Of a stretch of DNA of 64,000 nt, positions 21,579 to 34,642 are shown in pieces. The position numbers and the translations under genes were made by a program. Position 1 is the first letter of the stretch. Every line of letters starts with the position of its first letter. The notes under the pieces were generated by a model. It searched no databases. It saw only the letters and a list, made by a program, of their open reading frames with translations, and was not told where the DNA came from. Source of the stretch: Bilabrum cf. latius (Eukaryota); NCBI GenBank assembly GCA_965178125.1, contig OZ237767.1:496001-560000 (forward strand). The letters run 5' to 3'.

Positions 21579-24500
21579 TCAGCGGTACATGGCGTCGAAC
21601 TCGTTCTTGAAGCGGTCGTAGACCTTGCGCCGCTGGTACTTGAGCGAAGCCGTCACCAGGTCCGTCTCGGGCCTCCACTCCTCCGTGCCCACCACGGCGA
21701 TGCGAGTGGGGGTCTCGGACCGCGACAGCTTCTTGAGAGCCTTGAGCTGCTTGATGATCTCGGCCGCCGCCTGCTCGTTGCCCACCAGGTCCTCGTCCGC
21801 CAGCCCGCTCAGAGGCTCGGGCAGCTCCGACTTCTGCACCACCGCCACGGCCACCGCATGGTCCTGTTCCGAGTTGGCGAACACCACGAGGTGGATCACC
21901 GCGGGGCACAGCTTGGCCAGCGACTCGATCTTGCCAAGCGCGATGTACTCCCCGTTCTTGAGCTTGGCCAGGTCCTTCTTGCGGTCGATGATCCGGAACA
22001 CGCCGTCCTCGTCCACCTGCCCTATGTCCCCGGTCCGGAACCACACGCGCCCGCCCTCGTAGTCGGGCTTGAACTCCTTGGCCGTCTTCTCGGGCATGAG
22101 GTAGTACCCGTTGGTCACGTTGCCTCCCGCGATGTGGATCTCACCCTGCGGCAGCTGGGACTTGGCGTTGGGACGGACAGAATACCCGCCCTCCTCCCAG
22201 TCCTCCAGACGCATGTAGTTGGACAGGATCGGGGGACCGATGCGGCCGGGCTTGCCATCAGACGGCCACTGCACGGTGCCGCCGCCGCACGTCTCCGTGA
22301 GTCCGTAGCCCTGACCCACAGAGCAGCAAAAGAGCACTCTCGTGAAGATCTGCGTATCCTTGGACAGCGGGCCGCCGCCCGAGATGATCAGCCGCACCCT
22401 TCCACCGAGTGCAGTCTTGCGCAGGCCGTCAAACACCAGGCCGTCCCAGAATGGGGTATCGATCCCGCGCTGCACGCAGTCCGTCTTGACCGCAATACCC
22501 TTGCCCACCAGTGCGGCAGCCACGGCCCCACGGCCCTTCACCCGAGCCAGGATCGCCTTGCGGACCTTGTCGTACACGGCAGGCACGCCAGCCATGACTG
22601 TCGGTGCCAGTAGGGGAGCATCTCCCTTCATCATGCCGCCCACATCCTTCAGGTAGCGGTTCTCCTTATCATGCTTCGGCAGCATCACCATCGGGCTCGA
22701 GTCAGTCAGCGTGAACGGATGCCCGTACCCGATCGAAGCTCCGTGAGCCAGCATCGCCAGCTCTGCCACAAGCTCCAGCACGTGAGCCAGTGGCAGATAC
22801 CCGATGTAGATGTCGTAGAACTCCCGTGAGGCCTCCCCAGCGGACTCGATCGGGTTCAGCAACGTGCCCAGCTTCGGGATGGAACCCCCGATCCCCCCAG
22901 CCCCCGCGCAGAGGTTGCGATGCAGGATGTCCACGCCCTTGGGCAGCCCTGTGGACCCCGACGTGAACATGATCACGGCCGTGTCATCGGGCCGGGGCGG
23001 TGTGATAGACACCGTGACCTGGGCAGTGCCACCACCACTGCCCGCGGCAGATCCTCCCGCGGCAGAGGCTGCTGCCCCGTTGCTCTCCGCATCGCCTTCC
23101 CGCATTCCAGCGCCCCTAGTCCGCATGTCTTCGAAGGTCAGCAGCTCCACGGGCCCTCCCGCCTCCTCCCCGCGCTCGGTCAGCTTGGCCACGTCCTCGG
23201 CAGTGACCCAGTCCTCCAGGCCCTCGCCCACCTTCAGGTTCTCCGCGTCCAGCACCACCACCGCCTTGATGCTCGTCAGGTTGCACACCACATCCGACCC
23301 ATCGTCCGCGCCCTCCTTGATCGTGTGTCCCCCGGCGATCTGGGTCACGGCCTTGAGTGTGCTCTTCTCGCAGAACAGCACGGTCATGCGGGTCATGTCG
23401 CACGCGTAGGCCAGCCCATCCACGCCCAGAGTGGCGTACACCGTGGCCATGGGCACCCCAGCGCGGAAGCACGCCTGCGATGTCAGCTGCCAGAAGTGGC
23501 TCGTGTTGGCGTAGATGCCCGAGTGCTTGGGCGCCTCCTCGCCGTCGCCCTCGATCTCGGGCGCGTACGAGTCCACGAGGTGGCGCACGCAGCGGGACAC
23601 GGGGATGATGATCTCGTCACACTCGCGGAAGGAAAGCCAGTGGAACTTGTTCTCCTTCACCACGCGAGTGAGCACCTTGGTCCTGGTGCTGCCGTCCTTC
23701 TGAGGTAGCTCCTCGGTCTGGCGCACCGTGTGCAGGGTGCGGCGGAAGCCCATGGCCTTGCGAGCGCCGAACTTGGCCACGTTGCGCTCCCACAGCTCCC
23801 TCAGCGTCCTGCGGCCGTCCATGCTGTCCACGAGCTTCGAGACACGAGAATTGATGTACGGCGGAGAGACTGCAGGCTCATCGGGGCGGCGGCCTCCCGT
23901 GGCAGAGCGATCTCCTGTCGATGGTACTGCCATAGACACCTTGGGCTGGGGAACGCCTTCCGCCTCGACATACGAGAGCGCAAAGCACGGAAGGAAGAGA
24001 CCGAGCACGATCGCGATTGCAAACCCGGCATCGGCACCGCCGTTGCCGCCATCGTTATGAGATGCTGCGGTGTATGGTGTAGTACATACAACGAGTCAGA
24101 TATAGCTGCGGACGATTTACGGGATGGGAGCCGTTGCTGCCGGAATAGCTCGGATCGATGCTCTCACCAAACAGGATCCACGCAGCGATCAGGACGCCAA
24201 CCAGTACCAGGCATACAGGTACCCCCACCATGCACACCCAAAACTTCTCGCATATAGTTCTATGATGTAGAGGCTGCGGGGACAGACAAAACCTCTCCGG
24301 AATGCACAAACGATGGGCCATCATGCCACACGTGCCAAAATCTGTGGGAGGCCTGGGGATGCTCCGGCAACCAGGACAAATCTTACCTTTAGGCTGTACT
24401 ACTCGCAATTCTACCAGTCCTTCTTAATTCCTGCTGCCGAGACACCCTGCGATCAAGGAGTTGGGGCGAGAATTAGCATGTACTCTGCCGTGGACCGATC

Positions 24501-24600
24501 AAGCGGGGCAAGCAACTTGAAGCCCAAGCTACGCCCTGACACCTACCTTGCCGTGGCCCGAGGCTTGCTAGCCAGACGATTCCAACAACCGGTCCTGCAT
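21579..24600 (-). CDS. Long-chain acyl-CoA synthetase (ACSL3/4, LACS9-like), copy 1; predicted exons 24600-24547, 24446-24387, 24273-24168, 24064-21579
   Basis: Motifs IMFTSGSTGLPKG, YLPLAHVLE, GQGYGLTETCG, WFRTGDIG and IIDRKKDL. Three GT-AG introns keep phase (2706 nt total). The 106-nt exon 3 matches the paralog. Three TAGs lie in the predicted exons 1-2. Ends TGA. Exon 1 is the least certain part. Confidence 0.9.
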
Positions 24601-24744
24601 GCTATCCAGCGCCGCGGTTCTCTTTCGGAATACGCTGACCCGGGGAGACCAAGTCGCTGGCTCCGCATTTCGTTCGGCTGCGGTCGCGCGGCGCCGCCGC
24701 TGCGTAGGCATACCACGCTAGCCAGACAGTACGATGACGTCAAT

Positions 24745-26334
24745 TCACTTCCTTTTAATGCATTCAGCAAATGCAATCCAGGCGCACACGGCCCTCACTT
24801 GCCTCTCATCGAGGAGCGCTGGGACGTGACCCGCGCCCTCCTCCACGAACAGCCCCCTCGGCCCACGGATCCCATCCGCGACGGAGGACTGGCCGCCAAT
24901 CACCTCGATCCCAGCATCCGTTGCTTCCTTTTTGGCCCCTGCTAGCCTGGGATCGCCCGCTGCCTCGGCCTCCGCGCCTGCCTCACCTCCTGCCTCCGCA
25001 CCGGCCACCATCCGAGCCGCGCACTCTGCCGAAAGGATATCAGACTTAGCTCCGTGCAGGACCAGCAAGGGCCCGCACCTCGCCCTCTCCATCAGTGGCC
25101 AGAGATCGGCGTCCTTTGTGATCGAGGCGGGGTCACCGAACCCAGCCGCGATCCGAGGGTCGTACGCCAGCTCCACCTGCACCTCGCGCCCTTGTTCCCT
25201 GGCAGTCTCTCGGGCCGCCTCGATGGCAGCCTATGCCCTTGCCATGGCACACTCCCCGTCTCCATCGCTCCAGGGTGATAGGCCAGGGAACCGAGTCGGT
25301 GCTGCAGCTTCACTCGACTGTGGTATCCCGTCGCTCGGGATCGGGGCCTGCACCGCCGCACCGACTGGTGACCCAGCCCCACCAGTTGCGGCACCTGATC
25401 TTGAGCCCTTTGATCCACTGCCACTGCCACTGCCACTGCCACTGCCACTGCCACTGCCACTGCCACTGCCACCGTCCTCCAGCACGGCCCTCGCCGCCGC
25501 CTCAGCTGTGCCCCTGATGGCACCTCCACTTGCATCCCCGCTAGCACCCTTCTTCTCGCTATCCTCCGTACCGTCCTCGCCCTTGGCCCGCACGAGCAGC
25601 CTTGCGACCTTGAGCGCCATGCGATCCCGCAGCGAGGGAGGGCAGGGGCCGAACCCAGAGTAGATCCCAGCCACGTACTCCGCTGCCTCCTTGATACCAG
25701 GGAACAGTGGAGGCTTCCCGACGTAGCCCGCAATTCGCTGCAATGCAGTGCACCTGATGTGGGCCCCAATGTCGTTGAGCACCAGGGAGGCGAGCTGAGG
25801 TCGGGGGGAGGCTGGACTGGCAGTGCCACTGCCAGTGGGTGCGGCGGGCGCATCGGGCGAACTGTCGGCCTCTGTCATACCAGAGTTGAGAAGGTCAGTG
25901 TCTTTGGTCTCTCCGTCGGCTGCCCAAGGTCGGGGCTCCGCCATCCAGTGCATCGCGATCAGTCCACCCATCGATGTGCCTACCCAATGGAATTTCTTCC
26001 ACTTCAGATGAGACACGAGAGCATCCATATCGGAAACGTACTGCCTATAATTGTACCCGGTAGGGTCTGCAAGCTTGTCTGACCATCTCCTGCCGGCAAT
26101 GTCAACAGCGACTACCTCGTGTCCACGGACAGCAAGTGCGCGAGCAAGCACATCAAAGTCGGAGCCGTTTCGGGTCAAACCATGCACACAAAGAACGGGC
26201 AGTGCATCCATATCGTGCGTTGAAACATACTTTACGTAAGATATTGTGTGGTGAGATCCGTCCTGCAAAGTAATGCAGTCACATTGCCGTCGATCAATGT
26301 CCACGCCAAGTAAACACTATTTTGTTGCATTCAT
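24745..26334 (-). CDS. Alpha/beta-fold hydrolase with long Gly/Ser/Ala insertions; 2 in-frame TAGs
   Basis: CVHGLTRNGSDFDVLARAL, WVGTSMGGLI (nucleophile) and LVLNDIG lie before TAG 25231. YDPRIA, LHGAKSDIL (acid) and GAGHVPAL (His) lie after it in the same frame. ATG 26334 is reached through TAG 26317. Ends TGA 24745. Confidence 0.88.
25415..25471. repeat. (CCACTG)n hexamer microsatellite, ~9 copies, encoding a (GS)n linker
   Basis: Directly visible perfect repeat inside the hydrolase insert. Confidence 0.95.
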
Positions 26335-26526
26335 GCACAAGTCTCCGAAACTACTCGGCCCGTAGCATGGAATACCACCCAATGAATCCATAATACTTGA
26401 TATTAGCGTACCGCAGTCTTGCAAGGGGCACATTTGATCGGTGGTTTGTATCTGTATTCGGAGCCGTGGCTCGCTCGCTCTCTAGTCTAGGGCATTTGTA
26501 CCAACGACGATGGCCTCTTGAACACC

Positions 26527-28185
26527 ATGAGATTAGTTTTACCGTCTACTTTCATCAGGTATCCTGCAGCCCGTAGGGCGGCAATCGCACTGATACTGCG
26601 ACCATCCCTCCGAGGCCCAACTTGGGATCTAAGCTCGTACGAGACGTTGCTGATCAAAAGACGAGAAGCCCGCGGTGACCCATGGAGTGGTAATCTTGCC
26701 TGCCCCGGTGGTAAGCTAGAGCCAGGCGAAGACATTGTCGATGCGGCTGTTCGAGAAACGTATGAGGAGGTTGGCCTGAATCTGAAATGGCCCGGACCAC
26801 CCCCAACGCTCTAGCACCCCAGCCAAGAGCCTCACATCGGCTCTCGGGAGGCAGATGATACAATGGCATCCGCGAAAGCTCGCCGGGTCTCGCCTTGGGC
26901 AGGGGGGGTGCAACAGAAGACGCACTGGGATGCAGTGGCATCCGAGGCTGCCTCTGGCGGTGCCTCTGACACCTAGTAGCTGCCACCTGGACGCCTTTTT
27001 CAGTTTGCAGGCAGACTTGATGACAGGTATATATACGCTAGAGGGAGGAAAGTCGGATCTTACGTTCTCAGCACGGCTGTGTTTCTGAGCAAGAGGGCTG
27101 AGACCTCTGAGCTGACGCTGAGCGAGCGGGAAATCGACGGCGCGTTTTGGTGTCCTCTGTCCTGGCTCTCTGGCCTGCCCCTGGACAAATAGGGCGTACT
27201 GATCTAGAACAGCATGCTGCCGCCCGCTGTCAGGGCCGTGGACCGCTTCCTGGGTTCTGGTGCTGGTTCTAGTTCTGGTTCTGGCTCTGTGGAAAGCACG
27301 GCTCGCAGCGGTGCTTAGCTGTGCTGCCCGTCGATCGATTTTCCTGTTTGGAAACTGTCAGGGGCAACCAAATCTGTGAGAACAGACCTAGACCCGTCCC
27401 GTGGAGAGGATGGGGTCGCGCAGGCGGGCCTATCCGACAGGCAGGCGTTCCTGCACGAGCGGCTGCGGTCCCGGTTGCATCCAAGCGGGCGCGAGGGGGA
27501 AGCAGACAGGCCGAGGGAATTCAAGGGTCCCCTGTAGGTGCGAGGCTTTGCTTCCCCGAAGCAAACTCAAGGGACTGGGCAGTTGGGAGCGAAAGACAGG
27601 CCCAGGACGGCCCTTCGCGATACCGAGGCAGCGCCTGGGATTGGAAATGCAGCTGACGCGCCTGCTCTGTCTGGAAGCGGTGCGGCCGCACAGTCAAAGT
27701 AGGTAGCAGCTGTCGAGGCGCCGCACAGCTCGGGATTGGAGCCGCCCCACTTTCGCTTTTGGGGCCTGACTCTTGGAGTAATGTCAGACTTCGCCTTCGC
27801 TGCGCGGTTATCTGCTACGCGGGCAGACAGCTCCTCAACTCGCCTGCAGGCCAAGGAACACCCGACCAAGTTGAAGCTACCCGATGAGTGCTCGCAGCTT
27901 GCGTGGCCATCTGCAACGGCTGACTTTCGCACGCAGCCACTCGGCTGGGTTGCGCTGTCTCTTCGGTTTGGCGTGATGGAGATCGAGAGCTACTTGAGCG
28001 GCTAGGGGCGACGCGCACTTTCTGCCAAAAGAGCAGGAGTTGTAGCTGCGGTACTGTTGACTGCATGTGCCTCGCTGTCTGCTGTTGCCATGGCTATGCT
28101 GAGGCAGGTGCAGGGTCAGCACAGAGGTGGTCCCTCCGGACAACTACCAGTCCAGCCGATGCCTCGCCCAGATGCGCGGCTATGA
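26527..28185 (+). CDS. Nudix hydrolase, CoA-diphosphatase-like (NUDT7/PCD1 group), with a C-terminal hydrophobic segment and -ARL terminus; 9 in-frame TAGs
   Basis: LLIKR...[13 protein letters not shown]...[12 protein letters not shown] (Nudix box). Beyond TAGs at 26812, 26974, 26977, 27190, 27205, 27316, 27535, 27700 and 28003 the frame gives [23 protein letters not shown] and [12 protein letters not shown], ending PDARL-TGA. Confidence 0.88.
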
Positions 28186-28435
28186 TCCATGGATTCGGCT
28201 GCTAGCTGTCGTTGTCCTCGTGTAATCCAAGGACCTTCCACGCAGTTTGGAATTGGGGTTTGGCGAAATTTGCATGCATCAGTGTAAGGTCGTCGGATTG
28301 TGCTTAGGTTAATGATTTCGATTCATTTCGGATCCAAGCTAAAAACTGCCTTCAATCCTATCGGAGGGGTACATGCCAATGTACCAATCTTGTTGGTTCG
28401 CAACCAAGGCCCACGCTCACTCTTTACATGGTCCC

Positions 28436-31400
28436 TCATTCTAGGGGTTTCGCAACGATCTTCTGGCTCTGTGATGCGGCCAACTGCGTTACTTCCGCAT
28501 CTCCCGCGCTTGGCATCTCCAGCTTCCACGCCTGGCACAGCTACATATAAGCCTGTAGAGTGGCCAGCTCTTCATCGTTCGGGGGGGCATTGAGCGTGCG
28601 TGTCTCCCGGTCAAGCCGCTCGCTGCGCACCCCAGCTCTGTGACCCGGTCCCAGCTTTGGCCTCCCACCAGACCGTCCGCTGGCAGCCAAGACATCCAGA
28701 TCGAGGACAGCCCTGTCTTCATTTCGCTTGCTCGGCCCCATGGCAAACACCGAGGGGCTTTCTGAAACTGTCTCCCGCGCCCCGATCATTGCACTTGCAA
28801 ACGGCCCAACGCCATGCCTTGCCGGCCTTGCTGTCGTTGTGTTTGGACCCTCACCGCTGCTAGTGGGTCTGGCACCCCCAACATCGCGACACGCAAGGTG
28901 TACTAGCACTGCAAGTGGCCTGGCTAGCACAGAAGGCCACATGTGATGCAGACCCTCTCGTTTGCACTCCCGATCGCGCATTACGTCGGCATGCAGCTAC
29001 CGCAAGAACGGCAGCACCGCCCGACGCCCTCTCCCGGCAAACACAGCACGCTTGGCCAGGCAGCGCCTAAGCAGCCTGACAAGAGCCCTGTCCACCGAGG
29101 TAAGTTCGCTGCGGCCAGCAATGAGTGCCCGCAAGACCTGCTGGAACGCTGCATGGGACTGCAGCTGCTACACGAGCAATCCACGGTCCGCTTCCAGCCG
29201 CATCAGTTTGCTTTGAAGCTGCAGGCTTTGCGATACATCGCCGTCTAATGCAAGAGCCTTGGCGGCTTCAATCTATGGCTTGCCGTGCTGCGACCGCTCC
29301 AGATAGCGGGCCATCTGCAGCGTGAGGCGGTCCTTGGTCGCATCGAAGGCCTCCCTCGCCGCGGCGATCTGCGCCTTCCGCGCCTCGATGTGGGCGTCAC
29401 ACTGAGCGGATACCTGCGCCTGAGACAGAGGGACGGGCTGCCCCCGGTGGTCTCGCCTGGCCTTGCCCACTTCACCAGACAGGAGACGGCGCTGCCCCTG
29501 CGAAAGCTGCCTCGGTCGCCTTACTCGACCAGTTGACGAAGACGAGTGCGCATGTCGTTGTTCTGCCGTTGTCGTGGTCGTGGCTGTGTGTGGGCGTCGT
29601 CGCAATGGCATGGCTTGGGCGCCCTGCCTGGCCTATGGTGGGTGCGCTCGGGCAGCGGCAGTGACAGTCCTGCCACCGTGCATGTAGCCAGACCTGCCTC
29701 TACCACCGCTGGTTCGTGTCGCCAGCGGGCTCAGCATGATGCTCGCGGCTGCCGATCGCGGCCTGGCAGGCGGCTTGGGAGAAACGCCTCCCTTCGGACT
29801 TGATGTAGGCAAGTGCACCCGGGCGATAGCCCACGCTCCAGCTCTACGGCCGGCATTGTCAGAGTGCTCGCTTGGCTGCTGCTGCTGTGGTGGCGGTGGT
29901 GTCGCAATTGCAAATCCAGGCGATTGCGGGGACTCTACGCGGCCGCTTCTCTGCTGCTGCCGTATTCCGCTGTCACTGATGGGGGTCGATCGGGGGGAAT
30001 TAGCCGGCTGCTGGCACCCGCTCGTCTGGTAGGCTGCAGACAGGACTCTGCTCGCTGTGCGAGGGCGAGCAAGACTAGCGCTAGCCTGCTTCACAGACAA
30101 AGTGCTGGACTCTGGCCCGGGGACACCGGCTGCACCTGGTCTCGGGGACCTGTGCACAATCATGGTGGGGTCTCCCGACTACCTAAAGCCTTGCGCCCGG
30201 AGCGAGCGCCTCAGCATGGCGGTAGTCCCGGATGCGGCCGACTGTTGGCGCCCCGAGTTCCGAACCCTCGGACTCTAGTTCCCGCCCGGGTTGGAGAGGA
30301 CCCCATCCAGCGCATCGGCGGCGTCGCCCTCGTCGCTATGGTCCGACTCGGTACCGGTGCTGCTGCCGCTGTTAGTGCTTCTGGCATCGTTGTCGTCCAG
30401 CTCTTGGTCATCTGCCTCGGTCTCGCCGCGGGCGTCCTTCCGCTCGCCGTACTACGACTGTGAACCCTCCTTACGTCTCGCAGTGCTGGCTTTGGATCCC
30501 TTGTTTTTGTCCTTACCCTTACCCTTACCCTTGTTCTTGACCTGTCCGGTCGGCAGGCCGGTCCCATTTCCACCTACCTTGCCCGCAAGCGCTTCAACCA
30601 CAAGCAAACTCGCAGCCGCCATCCCGCCTCCAAGCCGAATTCCAACATCAGCATCCACCACGCCATCGCCGTCCTCGTCCTCCTCTCCTATGGCATCGGT
30701 AGGGTCCCGGAGCCGGCCCCCGACGCGCAACCTCACCCCTCGGGTGTCAGCCGCCTCAGCATCAGCGCCCGATCGCAGCACGCCATCGAACCCTGGCTCC
30801 CGAGGATACACACTCTGCTTTCCACCGCCATGCGACTCTAACAATCCATCCATGGCCTCCGTGGAAGACAGGACCAGGTTGCGGCGCACCCGCCGTCGCC
30901 ACTACCCGGCCGCCGCCTATGATCCGTTCCTGTGCCGCCCTGCCGCAGCCCCGCCCGCCCCACCTCTTTTCTGCTCCGCCAGCGCCCTGGCTTCCTCCCT
31001 CTCCGCCGCAGCGCGGGCCTCTGCCTCTGCTCTCAGCCTCTGCAGGTCCTCCTCCAGGGCCTCCTTGGACCGACCCACCAGCACACCCCTGGGCCGCTGC
31101 CCCCCTCGGATCAGGGACATGAGCACCTCGGCGCGGCGGGAGGAGCGCGCGGCGTACTCTGCTCTCAGCCGCGCTGCCTGTCGCCTGGCCTGCCGCCGGG
31201 CCCTGCGCCTGGACCGCCTCGCCTCCCGTCTGTCCTCCTCGTGGCCGTCCTTAAGGTGGGCAAAGGTGTCCCCGTATTGCCTCGACCGCCTGCTGCCCCC
31301 ACTCGCCCCCGAAACCCGCCCACCTTCACGACCAGCGTCTCCGCGTTCCCCCGCGGCATCCTCATCGATGCCCACGGCGCTGTGGGCCGAATCCATGCGC

Positions 31401-34400
31401 TGCAAGGGGGGACCTTTGAAGCGTCCAAGCGCCCCACCTGCCTTGCCTTCTGACCCTGCCCCAGCAGAGGACTAGCCTTCCACAGTAGATGACTACCTGC
31501 CACTGCTGCTGCTGCTGCGACCTCCACTTCTCTCCTGCCGCCCCGCCTCGCTATCGGAGGAGGAACCCTTCGAGTTGACGCTGCTAGAGGCAGTGCTGTA
31601 CCCACGGGGCCTGCCACTGCCACCTCCCCGGCGGCTGCCATGCGACCCCGCACCCTCACTCGAGCTCGAGTCGCCGTCGCTGTACCCGCTGCTCTCGCTC
31701 TCCACGCTCTGCGCGCTGCCCAGGCTGAGCCCCGTCACCATCATCACACCGCGCTCGTCCACGGGCGCGACCCCCCCTCGTCCCGAAGCCAGCCTTGCCA
31801 TGTTATGCACGCTGCCGAAACCAGACCCGCCGCGGCTCGGCCACATCTCTTCGTCGCTGGACTCGCCGCCGTCTCCCAACCCAGACCCTCCGGATTCTGA
31901 CCCCAGTGCAAGCGCCAGCTGCTCGCGCGGCACACCAAAGAAGCTGTCCATGCCTCCCTCGGGCTCAGGCTCGCGCTTGCCGTCTCCAGATCGACCACCC
32001 CCGGCGCGGCGCCGCGAGCCTCTGCTCTTGCCGTGCACTCCCGATTTGCTCTGCCTCCTCGAGTGCTTGCGATCGCCGCCCGAGCCGTCGTCTCCGCTGC
32101 CAGTCTCCGGATCGCCATGCTATTTGCGCTCCCTCTTCCCCGCGTCCACCCACATGCTGCCGTGCTTGCCGTGCACGCTCCGCAGCTGCCGCATGGTGGC
32201 CCTTCGAAACATGCGGCGCTGCTTCTCCACCAGCTCCCTCTGCCTTGGGTCCTCTTCGTCCCCGTGCGCGCTCCCGTGTGCCACCAGGTGCGAGCCCTGG
32301 CCCCTCGCAGTGGCTGCTAGCATGGCCTCCACCACTGCGTCCCTGCCGCCGCCCAGGGCACTCCCAGGAACCAGCACGAACGATGAATGCCGGCTAGACG
32401 AGGCTGTGCTCGGGCGGCCACCACGGCCCGGAGGCCGACTGGTTGATTGCCAGTGGCTGGACGCAGCAGCCAGGCCCGCTCCCGCTCCCGCTCCCGCTCC
32501 CCGCTGCATCCTGATGGTCATCTTGCGGTGGCGCATGGCCTCCTCCTGCTGCCGCCGGAAGGCCTGATTGGCCTGCCGAATGCTCCGCTTGCGGTGCAGC
32601 GCACTGTTGCGCTGCTGTCCGTAGTCTCTGGCGCCCCCTTCCCCCCCCTCCTCCTTCACGTTTCCCTAAGATGAGAGACCGAGCCATGCGGCTAGGTCTC
32701 GAGCAGCGCCATCGTCGCCGCCCTCGTCCTGATCTGACCCAGCGGAGCGAATCCGATGCAGCCCTGAAGTGCCCCCTAGTCCCCCCTCCCCCTCCCCTTC
32801 TTCGTCTTCTTCCTGTGATCCCATGGTTCCCTGCAGCTGCAGATCCTCTTCTCTATCTCGCCTCTCCCTTTCCTGCCGGGCAGCCACCACTGCGTCCATG
32901 GCCCCGATGGGCAGGCTCGCATCAACCGGTCGCATCCACTCTTCAAGCACAAGGAGCGGGTCCGCTGCGATTGCAAAGGCCTCATCAGCCTCGTCCTGGC
33001 CCTGGCCCCCACCCGCGCCTAGACCAGCAGCCTGCCCATGGCCAGAGGGCCCAGCGTCAGCCTCGTCCGCCCGACGGCTCATGCCGTCCCAGCCTGCATC
33101 CCCTCCCGCTGGCACCACGGCCGCTCCGATGACCAGAGGCACCTCACGAAAGGCAGCATACTTCCGGGCCAGCGCTGAGGCCTGCTTGCCCACCTCGGAT
33201 CGGGTGGCGGAAGCGGTTCCTGCTGCGCTGAGCATGCGCTTGGTGGCCTGCCGCGCCTCCTCGGCTGCTCTGCGACCCACCATCTCCTGCTCCTGTGCCG
33301 ATAAAACAACGTGCCTCTCAATGGCATCATGCCCCTGCTCCAGATCAGCTCTGGGCGCCCCTGCCCGTGCGACTGACAGCACGTGCGCCTGCCTCGCCAG
33401 CTCTCTGGCCTCCCTCATCAAGATTGCCTCCTCCGATGCATCCTCGTCCTGCCGGTGCTCCTGCCTCTGTTCTCCCGACTCGGTACTGCGGCCTCCAGGA
33501 CGGGGCTGGGTGTGGATCTGGCGCGCTGCAGTCGAGGTGAGGGAGCGGGAGCGGGAGCGGGGAGGAGAGGGTGAAGGTGAGGGTGAGGGTGGGGGTTTCC
33601 CGTGGCGGCGGGAAGCACGGGTGGTTGCGGACCCCTGGCCCCTCCCCGCCGAAGGCTCATTCCCGGCGGCGCTCGACTCGGACACATAAGTCGAACCACC
33701 ACCACCACCACCACCAGGCCTAGGCCCAGTCGGTTGGGACTCGGTTGGGCATGGCGAGACTCCGTCACTAAGAGTGGCTCGTTTGCTGCTCATCTTTTCT
33801 GCCTCCTCACGTCCTACCCGCACCGCCATGCGATGCAGCTGCTCGGTGGGTCCAGCCAAGGGCGCAGTGAGGCCTTTGGACTCCATCCACGCCCGCACCC
33901 ACTCGGCGTCTCCCGAGAAACCAACCCGAGTGATAGAGCGCCGTGAGGACATCCGTCGAGACAAGGGGCGAGAAGATAGACCCGGCGACCTTGTAGGCCT
34001 GCCAACAGCTGCAGCTGCAGCCTGTCGGTGGGGCGAGCTCGCGCCTCGCCGGTGTTGCGCGTCGTCTTCACCAGGCCGCATGCTCATCCGCTTGCCTGCC
34101 AGGCGACGTTTGGAGCTCTTGTACCGGAAAGCAAATTGCATGCCTGAAATGGCACCGGATTTGGTCATGACTCGTAGCATATTCCATCGACGCTGGGAGG
34201 CGGTCTTGGATTTGGATTGTCGCTGCAGGCGACGGCTGGCGGCTTTGATTTTGCTCCTGGCCTCTGTCGCACCACCACCGGCCCTGCGACCTGATTCAAG
34301 TGGCATATCCAATAGGCTTCTGAGCTGAATTTGGGAGGCTCTCCGCTTTGTCACCGCCAAATCTTTCGCGCGTCGAGCCCGAATCCGTTGGGAAGCAACG

Positions 34401-34642
34401 CGTCCAGACTTCCCTGCATGATAGTCCCAGGAGTCATTGACCTCCATTTTGGCTGGCACACAGTCAAAATACGAGTCTGGAAGCTCTCCTACATCATGCT
34501 ACCCAGAATGGACCGTGTCAGGTCGGTTCTACTCGAACGTGAGCTGGGATGGCGGTCTTCTGCTAGCCACTGTCTAAGACCGGCACCGCACTCTGACTTT
34601 CCTCCTCTCGGTTTCAGCAACAAGATGACTTACATGAGACAT
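28436..34642 (-). CDS. ~2070-aa single-exon low-complexity, R/S/G/A-rich protein of unknown function; 17 in-frame TAGs; start uncertain (alternative ATG near 34750)
   Basis: Track ORFs ending 34574, 32666, 32120, 31493, 30917, 30452, 29633, 29273 and 28541 share one frame. The gaps contain only TAG (also 34529, 34499, 31472, 30902, 30275, 30179, 29168, 28997). Ends ...KIVAKPLE-TGA at 28436. Confidence 0.8.

Noticed and set aside
26812-28005. Pyrrolysine or programmed leaky readthrough at UAG
   Set aside because: There are too many TAGs per gene, including tandem ones, mostly in linkers, with no shared downstream context. Pyrrolysine systems are not known in eukaryotes.
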